A DNA stretch of 63,926 bases, the filler included, from Vannella sp. (lineage: Eukaryota): assembly GCA_023345925.1 (NCBI GenBank). It is 6 parts of 6 records of this genome, joined end to end, with 100 filler letters (N's around TTAATTAATTAA, not from the genome) between each part and the next. Parts side by side here need not be neighbours in the genome. Positions count along the whole stretch, not along the records: positions 5,954 to 32,140 come from JAJQQN010000953.1; positions 32,241 to 39,951 come from JAJQQN010000541.1; 4 more parts are not named here. The stretch is one strand, 5' to 3'. Each line of letters begins with the position of its first letter. Positions within the stretch are counted from its first letter, which is position 1. The translations under genes and the position numbers were made by a program. Of this stretch, positions 25,980-36,655 are shown piece after piece. The notes below the pieces were generated by a model, which was not told the origin of the DNA, made no database searches, and saw nothing but the letters and a program-made list of their open reading frames with translations.

Positions 25980-28900
25980 ATGAGTTCCTCTGCTCCGTAC
26001 AAGCCGAACAAGCTCCTTTCCTTCGTCTCATATCAAGCTTTCACCGATGCGGTACGACGAATCACCAGGGCATTTGGACTCTCCTTGGTTGGTACGCTCC
26101 AGAGTACTCTGAAGGAGAGCTATCTGGACAGGCTCAACCAAGTGACGTTGTACTTGTGAGGCACTTTCTCTTTGCTACCCTCTTGAAAGCTGCCTTAGTG
26201 GAGGACAAGGAGAACGAAGAGAAAGCTCCGCCAATGCCAGTCGTGATGGTGAATCGAATCATTCAAGTTTGCTCGTCATTTGCTCTCGACTTGGATTTAG
26301 AAGGAGATCCTTATCGGCTCGAGGTGTGTGAATCGTTTGCTCATTTAATAGGCGCTCTCTCCAAAGAATCTCCGGCACTGGTAATTGAATCGCTGGTGGA
26401 GTCAGCCTCGAATCTCCTCGAGAAGGGCGATTGTATCTCTGTTGTGGTCCTATTTCGTTCCATGAGATACCTTTACCTTTCTTTGGATTCTCCTCCGGAA
26501 ATTGCATTTGCCATGCGTACTTTGGAGAGGATATTGGAGCTTGCAAACTCCAAGAAATCAAAAGGAGAGGCCGCTTCGGCAGTGTATCGACTTGTAGGGC
26601 AGCTCATGATCCCTTTGGCGCCATCAACGATCTCTTCAAATGATCAAGTGTACCGAGAATGGGCGACTGAGTTGTATCATACACATCGTAAAGCTTGGAA
26701 AAAGCTAAAGGATCCCTCAGCTGGGCTGTTGATGGAGGTTGGGATCCTTTGCAACGGACAGAAGTCATTCTTTGCGCAACAACCATTTTCTCTATTCGAG
26801 CGACTTGGAAAATTGACAAAGTATGGAGATCGCCAACGAGCAGTGGCGTTGGACTGCATATTCCATCTTCTGTTAGCTCTATTGGTGCGCTATGCGCCAT
26901 CTGATGGTGTGGATATTCAGCTTGTGTTAGACAAGTTTACTCGGGATACCTTTATATCCTGCACCAGCAAGCGCGGTGCACTTCCTCATCCTGAAAGTGT
27001 GTCAGTGCTCACTGACATTGCGGGGCTTATCAGCATTTTCAGATTAGAGTTTGCAGTCAAGCATTTCGTACTTACTGGATTGAACGGTTCCATGGAACTT
27101 CTTGAAAGGTTATCTGTTGCATTGTACACATTTCAAGCCATGTGTGATCGAATGTGCCTGTGCTTCGTTATATTGCGACACCGGAATGATGTTCATCATC
27201 AGGGACACTTAAAAGCCTTTTCTCCTCGCCGTACAGCACTCTCTATTGAATCACGCAATTTGTCTACGTTATCTGATGAGGCGCTTTTACCACTACGAGA
27301 CGCTCTTGGTGATGTCCTCCTTTACTTGGATGGTTGCGTAGGAGATTTGCTTCAGTATCGGCGAACTTCCAATGATGCGAACATTTCTTCAGGTCTCATG
27401 TCTGGTGCTTTCTCAAGTTCTGGATCTGATGTGTTCTCTGCAAAGGCGACTCTCAAAGAGAGAGGTGTTCTCCTTGAGATGCTCCGAGAGGTACTTTCCT
27501 GTTGTATTCGGGTACCTCCAGGTAAAATGACCCTGCGCCGGTTTTTTGCTCTGCTGAGCAAGTACCAATTACACAGCGATTCTTCTGTCAGCCAAGTGGC
27601 ATCTGATGCTATCCATGGAGTTGTGCGCACTCGCCCTACTTTTAGAGGAGTTCTTGTGGAGGAGTTTGTTCTGAATATGCTACTTATTCCCGAAACGGAA
27701 ACACTTCTTCTTCATCGTGCATTTACTTTCCTCCAAGAGCTGCTCAACCTTTGGAGGGACCCAACAGTTCTTCATCGCTTGGATCCTGATTTGGGAAATT
27801 TCGGAGAAGATTCGGAAAGGTTTTTACCCTTTCCTTTCCCCGTTCTTGAGGGATTAGGACTTATTTTGCTTGCTAATCGTAATTCTGCAGTTCGAGAAAA
27901 TGGATACCGCCTCCTGTCCTCTGTTACGCAGATCAATGAGCTATTACCTGAAGAAATTCGGTACCCTAATGCTTTCGGACTATTTAACGTCCTCCTTAGG
28001 CACGAAAAGGAAATCCTGAAAGCTATTACCGTGGACACAACTCACCTTTCAGCACCATCTGATGGGATTGCTTCTGGAAGAAATAGGTCCTCTGTGAATG
28101 ATTTTTCATCTTCGAGACACTCCTACGACAGTTTACTCCATGTCCTCACATCAATTCATTTGGGAGAGCATCAAGCACTTATCTGCCGCATTATTGGTGA
28201 GCTTTGTCGATTGGCTCATGGAACATGCACTGTCTCCCTTCAAGCTGCTTTTGAGTTTGCTTGGACTAAATTTGAGCGCCTTCTGGGCCTGTTGACCGTT
28301 GGCAAAAAAGCATTCCCCGCTTCCTCTAGTGGTCCGGATCCAATGTTTGACGCGACGTGGCTGTGGCGCAACTATCTTACTTTGATGTTGAGTATTGGAG
28401 CTGGCAGAGAACACAACATGATGGCAGTGTTGGATCGTGCGCTTCCTCTTGTGCTCTCTCCTCACAGCTTTATCCGGCTTGCAGTTGGCCAAGCCATGCA
28501 ATTTTGCTGCAAAGCAGGAATCTTCAAACTTGCGGATGGATTACTTCGACTGCCTGATGCTGACAATGGAAAGAGGCGAGACCTCGCCAGGATTGAAGTA
28601 GCTCGCGTTTTCAGAGCAGCACCAACCTTATTTCATCATTCCTTTATACGACGGCATCCAGAAATGGCAGGACGTTATCTGGCTTTTATTCGGGAAGGAG
28701 TGACTTATCTGCAGGGTGGAGTGCTTCCAAGTTCTATGCAATCCTTTTATGGGGAAGCCTCAGCCTCCCAAACACTTATTTGCTTTGGTGGAGACCTATT
28801 CCGAGTAGCAGGTGCCCTGATACAAAGTGTTCGAATCGTTAACTCTGAGTCGCCTGAGGGAAGAATTGAGCCCCCTTCTGAAGAGGTTCGGGAGTCATTA

Positions 28901-31858
28901 TTCCTCCTCGCTTTGCATCGCTGTGGATATGGTACCTGGAGATCAGAAGCTACTGCGAGAGAGGCTCGCGCACGCGAGTCACTTAGTGGATCTGGTGCTG
29001 CCAATCTTGCAAGGGAAGCATTGGCTAATCAAGAGATTATCAGCACAAGATATTGGGCGTTGAAGCTCATGGGGGAACTCCTTGAATACCCCGCAGGTGG
29101 CTTCCGCGACCAGGAAATCTTTTGTGATATTGGGCCGGTCTTTACAGTTGTAAGAGAGGTCTTCCGGAGATGCCATAAGCATCCAGAACGTCATGTTCTC
29201 ACTGTTGCTTCTCGTGAGATGTTGTGCTCATTCGTTTGTGGACAAAAGGTTCAAAGCAAATATCTGTTCGCTATTTGCGTGAAAATGAGCTTTTTATCGA
29301 CCGATTGCCACATCGCAGATGGAATGTTTGCTTCTCTGATGATGATTTTGGAACGAGAGAGCAACATTGACTTTTCTCCTGTTCTGCTGCTTGCACTAGG
29401 ACTTCACAAATTGACTGATTCCCTTAATACCACTCGAATTACTGCTGTCCAACTACTACAGTGGCTGAGCGGGCGTTTCTTTCGCAATTGGGCTGACACA
29501 CATCGCCTCACTTCCCATACTTGCCTCCCTAGTGCCTGCCAGACTCAGCAACAAGCCATCACACTTTCATTTGCTCTGTCTCATCCAGAGATATGTGGTG
29601 ATCTTATTCAAGAGCTTGTCAGCTTAATTGGTAGGCTGGACGACATTGGACAGGGCCGAGCATTACGGTTGATTGCGTTCCGGTTCCAATCCATATCTCT
29701 CTTGAACATCGAGGACAGTTTAGATTGGATTCTTGGCAATCTCCTTTTGCTCACTTTGAAGTTTGCAGACCGCTTTGCAGATATGATTTGTCAACTTTGG
29801 AGCGGTTTGGCCTCCCAGATCCAGAATTTGCCAATTCTGTTTGATAACTTGGCTAAATGTTATCTCAAGAGGCAGCATTTACCTCTTCTTGAAGCAATCC
29901 AATCCATTGTCGTATATATTTTTGAGATCCAGCCTGAAGCTGTTGTTTCCTGTCTCTGTTCACAACTGCAGAGAGTTTCGTTACCCTCCACACGATTTGA
30001 GCTTCCGAGGCCTCCGATAACTGTGGAGGCAGAATGGGATTTCACTGCTCAATATCCTTTCAATTCCCCTGATGCTGATCTGACTGAGCAATCTTTTGCA
30101 TTGCTAGTACTTCCAGAACTGATCGGGCTGAGTATCGACCCGTTTAAGGCGAGTATTCCTTTGCTTTTGCAAGTTGCAATTACCCAAATGGACTCCGCTA
30201 ATCCACTCATTCGCTCCAACGCCAAATTGATGTTGCTGAATCTCGCTACCCAAACGGTACTCTCTCATGCTTCGGAGGGAATTCAAAGATCCTCCCCACT
30301 TACTTTATTGCGGGCCCTTTATTCTATCCACCAAGGAGATGAGCCGCTCTGGCCCAAAGAGGATATTTCATTACACGTTATCTCCTTGCCTTCCGCAGAA
30401 ACTCTCACACAAGTCGTTCAATTGGTATTGCAATGTCTTGGATCAAGTGTTCGTGGTCTGAGAGAAATTTGGAGCCAGTTAACTCTTCTTTGGGCCACTC
30501 AAGCTGAACAAGAACCTCACATTGCCACAAGATCACTTCAGCTCTTTCGCGCTCTCGAGTCTGCACTGAGTAAAGAGAGTTTGTTGGCTCTATCTGAAAA
30601 GTTAACATTATCCATTCAGAGCCGAGGAGGAAATGACGTAGCCATCTCCGTGGAGATAATGCTTACTTTAAGGACAAATTGTAAGTTTACTGCGCGCCGA
30701 ACACTCCATCGAATGCCTCAATTGTTCTGGTTGTCAGTGGCGATGTTGAACACAATCATACCCGAAGAGTATGGAGTCGCTGTTGGCCTTCTGTCTACAC
30801 TTATTGATGAAATGCAAGTTCAAGTTGATTCAATGTACACAACGCTTCTCTGCACGGAACCTCGTCGTTGGAAGCCAGTGCCTTACCGTGGGTTACTTGA
30901 TCTGTTACTTAAAGGAATGTGCTCAAGGAAAACAGAACCAGTCACACGCACCCTTTTGACCCGTCTAGCAATGTCTCCGTGCATCCAATTACTTCATCAT
31001 GATGAGGAACTTCGCTATTTGACACCCCTGTTGGCCCTTTTACCTGCTCTTGTTACTGCAATGGGGCAAGAAGATTCGATGGAAATTTCAGAGAAGCTGG
31101 CTGGTGCTTTCCTACTTTGGCAGCGACATGACTTTGTCCAGTTGTTCACTTCATACCAAATGTTTGTTACCTCAGAGGAGGGTATGCGTCGCTTCATTCA
31201 CGAGAGCACTTCCCTCATTGCTATTCACTTTTTGCCTAAGCACCAGGTCTTCATTTTTTCCACTTTAGTAGAGCTGATGAATAATGGTCCTCCAACTAAT
31301 GAAAGGTCCATCCTTCAAATCATCACCGCTCTGTTGGCCCACCTTGACTTTGGAAATTCTCCTTTGAACATCCTGTACCTTCCAACCTTCGGATCTATCA
31401 TTCCCCGTTTGGATTCTTCATTATGGAAGGAGAGACTTTGCCTTCTTGAGGGACTTTCAAACTCTTCAAGCCTTGTTGAGGGCTCCATGAAACTTCCTTC
31501 ACCAGAGCAGGCAAAAATGTCTCTTGAGGCGGTGCAAGACTGCAAGCACACTTGGCAGAGATTAACTTCGTTAAGTCCTCTTAGACTGGCACTTCAAGAA
31601 GCACTTGATCCGACTTACACGAAATTGATTTCGAAGGTTGTGGTCCGCAACGAATTGGATATCAGAGATCAAGTCAAATCTATCAAACTGGGAAAAGAAA
31701 ACTTATCTGTGACATCCCGAGACCGTTCCATTTCAATGGCCTTTGGTTCTGGACAGGCAGCAGACCTTGAGGGTAGTATGACTTCGAGAGTACCTCATGG
31801 GGATAGACATGGGGCGTTCCAAACAATGAGAGCAGCCACTAGTCCCCGCCGAGTGTAA
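25980..31858 (+). CDS. Furry/MOR2/PAG1/Tao3-family morphogenesis scaffold; N-terminal exon structure uncertain
   Basis: ~1900-aa HEAT-like ORF with RSLQLFRAL, PQLFWLSVAML...EEY and YRGLLDLLLKG motifs typical of the MOR2-PAG1 C-terminal domain. Confidence 0.78.
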
Positions 31859-32140
31859 CATCAATTTGATTTGACAACGCTATCAGGCGAACAACGAGAC
31901 TAAATCAAGTAAAGGAATGATTCGACAACAATTCCATAATAAAGTCTCAGAATCCGATCCATCAGCGCATTTCAGGCTGTTTTATTTCACCAAAGACCAA
32001 TGGAAACCAGCGGAGGGCCACTTTTCCGTCGTAAGGATGGTTCAGAGAGCCTTCCACTTGATGAGGAAAGAGGGTTCAGGGTTTAGGGATTAAAGCATGT
32101 ATCTCTAAAGTGCGTTTCTAAACTCCTCTTTGCCTGGTTT

Positions 32141-32240
32141 NNNNNNNNNNNNNNNNNNNNNNNNNNNNNNNNNNNNNNNNNNNNTTAATTAATTAANNNN
32201 NNNNNNNNNNNNNNNNNNNNNNNNNNNNNNNNNNNNNNNN
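32141..32240. other. Artificial contig-join spacer
   Basis: N44-TTAATTAATTAA-N44. Confidence 0.98.
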
Positions 32241-32349
32241 ATCAGATTTTTTGTTCGATCTCTTGAGTCAAAATTCGTAGTGCTCTGATCCGCTTGTTGA
32301 ATCCATGAAGAGGGGACATTTATCCTCACCAGAGCAACACGTGTGGCCA

Positions 32350-32381
32350 GAGAGAATTCACCGCCCCACTCAACCACGTCC
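32350..32381 (+). repeat. Dispersed ~30-bp repeat, copy 1 (GAGAATTCACCGCCCCACTCAACCACG)
   Basis: Near-identical copies at 46248-46277 and 46380-46408 on a different contig. Confidence 0.85.
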
Positions 32382-32519
32382 CAATGTTGGTGGTTGCTCA
32401 TGCCGCCCTTTGATTTGCACTGGTAGCGCTCAATTGTGCCAGTTTTGGTAATAAAATCACAACTAAGTGCTTGCACTCAAGCATGAGCACATAAAAATGC
32501 CGAAGGGGACCTGAACTTG

Positions 32520-33608
32520 ATGATTGGGGAAGCAAAGGGCCTTGCCAAGGGGAAGTGGAGGATCTCATTTATTGGGATGCCTGTGGGCAACCACACGATC
32601 CTCCTCTCCCTCGAAGGGGGCCTGGTCGCTTTTGGATGCAACAAACACGGCCAACTTGGTCTCGGTCACTTGGATAACCAATGGCTACCAGTGGAGGTCC
32701 CCTGGAATGGCCCTCAGCCGGTCCAGGTGGACTGGGGATGCAGACACTCCCTTGTCCTGGATGTGGAGGGCGGTGTGTGGCAGGCGGGTTCTTCCCAGTC
32801 CAGATTCTACCGAAAATCACAATTGCCTCGTATCACTTTGGTGGCTGCTGGTGACATTCACAACGCTGCCATTGACACTGAAGGTGGCCTTTGGGTGTGG
32901 ACTGAGGAGACTATATGGACCGCTGAACCTATCTCTTGGGCAAAAAATCTCCCCAAACGAGTGGAAGGCCTCCCATTCATCCTCAATGTGACTTGCGGCA
33001 AGAATTTTCTCATGGCAGAGGCTGAAGAAGGCCTCTGGGTGTTGTGCAACTCCAACAGGCCTGGCGACAACAAACCTCTCCAATCGACTCTTATACAGCT
33101 GGAGGACCGTTTCGTAGGACCTCTTCGAAGCCTGGAAGCCCTCGTGAATGGAGTGATTATCGTCGACTGGGAAGGATCCGTTTTCAATGTTGATGGCCAA
33201 CTGGGGCGCTCTGCTGAATATGTTCCGAAACTTGAGAGAATCAACAACATCCCTCCCATGCTTGTGGCCTCTTGCGGATACGGATTCACTCTCTGTCTCG
33301 ATGAGAACGGCGGTGCCTGGACCTGGGGACGCGGTGAACATGGGCAATTGGGGACTGGCAATACTTCTGTTCAGTATGAACCTTGCTTGGTTCCTTCGTT
33401 AAAAGGAATGAGTGCCCTGTTCGCAGGGGGGTGCCATTCTCTGGCGTTCCCACCGGAAGGCGGCGTGCTGGTCTTCGGAGACAACAAATTTGGACAACTC
33501 GGACTCGGACTCAACGTCACAACCCAAGCCACTCCCAGGAGCTGTCCTATACTTGCTGCTCCCCCCTGTTCTTTCAGCGGGAAAGGCAAGAGTGCCAGTT
33601 TCCTTTAG
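32520..33608 (+). CDS. RCC1-repeat (beta-propeller) protein, intronless, partly degenerate
   Basis: FGCNKHGQLGLG, WGCRHSLVL, AAGDIHNAAI, WGRGEHGQLGTG, FGDNKFGQLGLG. Start uncertain. Confidence 0.85.
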   Translation: MIGEAKGLAKGKWRISFIGMPVGNHTILLSLEGGLVAFGCNKHGQLGLGHLDNQWLPVEVPWNGPQPVQVDWGCRHSLVLDVEGGVWQAGSSQSRFYRKSQLPRITLVAAGDIHNAAIDTEGGLWVWTEETIWTAEPISWAKNLPKRVEGLPFILNVTCGKNFLMAEAEEGLWVLCNSNRPGDNKPLQSTLIQLEDRFVGPLRSLEALVNGVIIVDWEGSVFNVDGQLGRSAEYVPKLERINNIPPMLVASCGYGFTLCLDENGGAWTWGRGEHGQLGTGNTSVQYEPCLVPSLKGMSALFAGGCHSLAFPPEGGVLVFGDNKFGQLGLGLNVTTQATPRSCPILAAPPCSFSGKGKSASFL

Positions 33609-34196
33609 CGCTTCCGGATGAAGGCATTCCCTCATCCGAAGAACTCAAAATATAAAATCAGGTTAAAGTCTATCCCGAAGAGAGGGAGGCGAGGGTTAAC
33701 GGATCGACTGTCTCGGCCACATAAACTCGAGACTCCCTACAAACAGAGGAAGGAGAGGAGAAAGCAGACGAGGAGGAGAGTAAAGGCAGCAGCGCAGAAG
33801 AAGAGAGCGAGGAGGGTTCCAAAGAGAGAAAGTGCGGAGAATGAAAATCCCTCGTCAAGGCAATGAGGTCACGCAAAGAACGCATTGCCACCCCCAAGAT
33901 CCAACAAGGACAGCAAATTACCGGAGATAACTTTCAATGATGAAAAAGATCAAGTCCAAGTACCAAGACCTAGATGAAGAAGATTTTTGGGCTCCCTCCT
34001 AACGCCAGTCTCTGTGGATGTTCTTTACAAGGAGAGGAAGCATACCATTGCAGAGGAACACCTGATAGTTAATTCAAGTCATGCATGATCTTGTATGCTC
34101 CTCTGGATAGAGGATGAAGACGGGGGCAGCCATCTCGACATGTGCTAGTCCGGAATCATTGCCGACTCTCCAATGACCGGCTGAATCGCGCGAAAG

Positions 34197-35150
34197 TCAA
34201 TTGGGGAATCGAGCAAGCCCGTTTCCTTCTTCCAGAAAGGAGCCTTGGTCACTAAAGCCCTCATCATTGGGGATTGTGGCGGAGAGATAGCCGGGAACGT
34301 GGGAGATGAGAGGCTCGACGAGAAGTCCTTGCTCTTCGAAGAAGCTGCGGATCACTTTGTGAGTCTCCTCTACCACTTGGTCTCCTTTGGCTTGGTTCTG
34401 TTCGAGTTTTCGCTTCTTGTGAGCTTGGTCACGCCTGTGGCTCTCTTTTGATCGTTTGCCAAGCGTGATGAAGTGCTCCTGGAGCTCTTGGATGTCCTGA
34501 AGGATCTCTTGCTGTCTTGCAGTCACGGAATCTTCCTCTTGAGAGGCGGCGAGAGCTTCCTCTTCGACCAGAATGTCGTGGAGAGCTAACCAACGAGCGT
34601 TGGCGCCCTTGGTACGCTTCTTTGGCGCTGGGAGATCGATAACTGCTTGTTCGAGCCGCTGATCCACCTCTGCATCAAGGAGGGCGGCTGGGAACCGCGT
34701 TTGTGAGTAGAATTGAACCGCATCTGCTGCTCTCAAGCTGCTAGTGGGTCCTACAGTCGATGGCTCTTCGGAGAGAAAGTCATCTGGAGCTCTACTACAC
34801 AGACGAGGCCCTTTTAGCCTTTCTGCTAACTTGGAAGGGCTCTTCTCCTGACGCACTTGACGTGGACACGTCTTCTGGTGAGAGCTTGCTTCTGATGCAT
34901 CATGAAAGACGCAATAGCATGGTGCAGACTCGCACAGGACCTTCCGCCCTAACTCCCAACTGAACGGGTGCCGCTTGTGTCTATTTCTCTGCATCTCTGC
35001 TCGGTGCTTCACTTGCTTGTTGCTCAGAGTGTCCCAATCCAGTCTGGTGGCTTCATAATCCTCACAGCACTCCCTGCACTGCACTTCTCGTGGCTTCCTT
35101 GCGGACGCCATCAGCGAATGAAGTGATATTCCAATCCCTTTCTTTACCAT
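34197..35150 (-). CDS. Hypothetical protein with Cys/His-rich N-terminus and C-terminal coiled coil
   Basis: 317-aa ATG-initiated ORF with CRECC...CESAPCYCVFH...HQKTC. A CCAAT-type motif lies upstream at 35244-35252. Confidence 0.55.
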   Translation of the reverse strand: MVKKGIGISLHSLMASARKPREVQCRECCEDYEATRLDWDTLSNKQVKHRAEMQRNRHKRHPFSWELGRKVLCESAPCYCVFHDASEASSHQKTCPRQVRQEKSPSKLAERLKGPRLCSRAPDDFLSEEPSTVGPTSSLRAADAVQFYSQTRFPAALLDAEVDQRLEQAVIDLPAPKKRTKGANARWLALHDILVEEEALAASQEEDSVTARQQEILQDIQELQEHFITLGKRSKESHRRDQAHKKRKLEQNQAKGDQVVEETHKVIRSFFEEQGLLVEPLISHVPGYLSATIPNDEGFSDQGSFLEEGNGLARFPN

Positions 35151-35779
35151 TCATTTTGGCCAAATGGCAGGCCTTTGGCCACCACAGTGGTGGCCACGGG
35201 CCTCCTCTCTTCGATGGTGAAGGGTCCTCGGGCAAGCGGGCATCTGATTGGCCCACCAGGTTTGATCGAGTGAATACTTTTCTCCCATCAACTTCAATTG
35301 GAAATAAATTTCTGCATTTGTAGGTGACTGCTTTTTTGTTTTTGGTATGACAAAGAAGACCAGTTTCCTGGAAACCCTAGTTCTCTTTCTTTTTCTTTGG
35401 CCCTTCAAGCTTGCACCTCTCTAGAGTTGTTCTTCGGTTTGGTTTGAAAGTCTAAGCAAGGTTCTGTTCTTTATTGGCTCATGCCTTAGAGAAGGAGCCA
35501 TACTCACAAGTTGAAGAGAAGGCGGGGCCGACTCTCATCTCTCACGAAACGAGTTTCATTCGTTGAAGTGGTTATCTATAAGGTGTATTGGTTCTTCCAC
35601 CTTCAATCAAGTCGTTGGTTGATCAACTGGGTTATTCAAAGGTCCTTGGACCTTCCAGTCCTTCCCGCGACTTATGCTTATGAAGAAGGATCAATGGCTC
35701 TGATCCTCACGAACCCAAGTTTAGGGTCCTACTACAACCACTTTCATATCCAAGGCCGAGCTACCAAGCACGTCGCGGA

Positions 35780-36371
35780 AGGCAATGAGGAAGGGCAACT
35801 GGGCCTCGGCCACACCAACGAAGCTCTCCAACCGACCCTTGTACAACCAGAGGACTGTCTCAAGAAACCTCTGCGATGCTTGGCTGCCGTCTTCTGTGGA
35901 ATGATCCTCATCGACTGAAGGAGGTGTCTTCTCTGCTGGATGCAACGACGCAGGCCAACTGGGCGAATACGAAGCTTCAGCGAATCATGAACATCCCTAT
36001 CCTATGCTTGCGGCCTCTTGCGGATCCGGCATCACACTCTCTCTGGATGAGAACGTCAGCGCCTGACCTTTGGAATGCTGTTGATGAAGAAAGATCATCA
36101 AGTGCAAGAATCACTCCAGGAAGCACTGCGACCTTTTGTTTTGATGATGCCTCCACCTCAAAGAGCTGCAGTGCTTCCTGGAATGATTCTTGCTCTTGAT
36201 GAATGAGTGTTCACTCTTTTCTGAGAGACTTGGACAGCTGTGGTGTTAACAGCGATGGACAACTCGGACTCAACCATAAAACCAATCAAACCGCTCCCAC
36301 ACTGTCCTGTCCATGGCCCGCTCTCCCTCATTCATTCACGCAGTAGAAACAAGAGTGCCCGCTTCCTTTAA
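35780..36371 (+). pseudogene. Frameshifted paralog of the RCC1-repeat gene at 32520-33608
   Basis: GNEEGQLGLGH...LQPTL. DNA matches gcctcttgcgga, gatgagaacg, ggacaactcggactc and caagagtgcc...ttcctttaa to 33060-33610, broken by frameshifts and an unrelated insert ~36065-36235. Confidence 0.8.
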
Positions 36372-36655
36372 CGCACTTTGTAGAGCCTGTTCTATGGTGC
36401 TGCTATGACGTGGAAGCAATGGACGCGGCGGTATCTCAATAACACGAATCACGGAGGTGAGCTCAAGCACTGGAGAGACTAAACTCACATCATAAGTGCG
36501 TGTCGCTTGTCGTGGACTAAAAGAAGGACATGAAGCCACTTTTGCAATCTAAATGGGTTTGGCTTGATCTGTGCTTGTCCCTCTGCTCTGGAAGGGTTGA
36601 TCGTGAAAAGGCGTTTAATGGAGGATTGGAGGGGTTTGATTGGTGTTTGACCATT

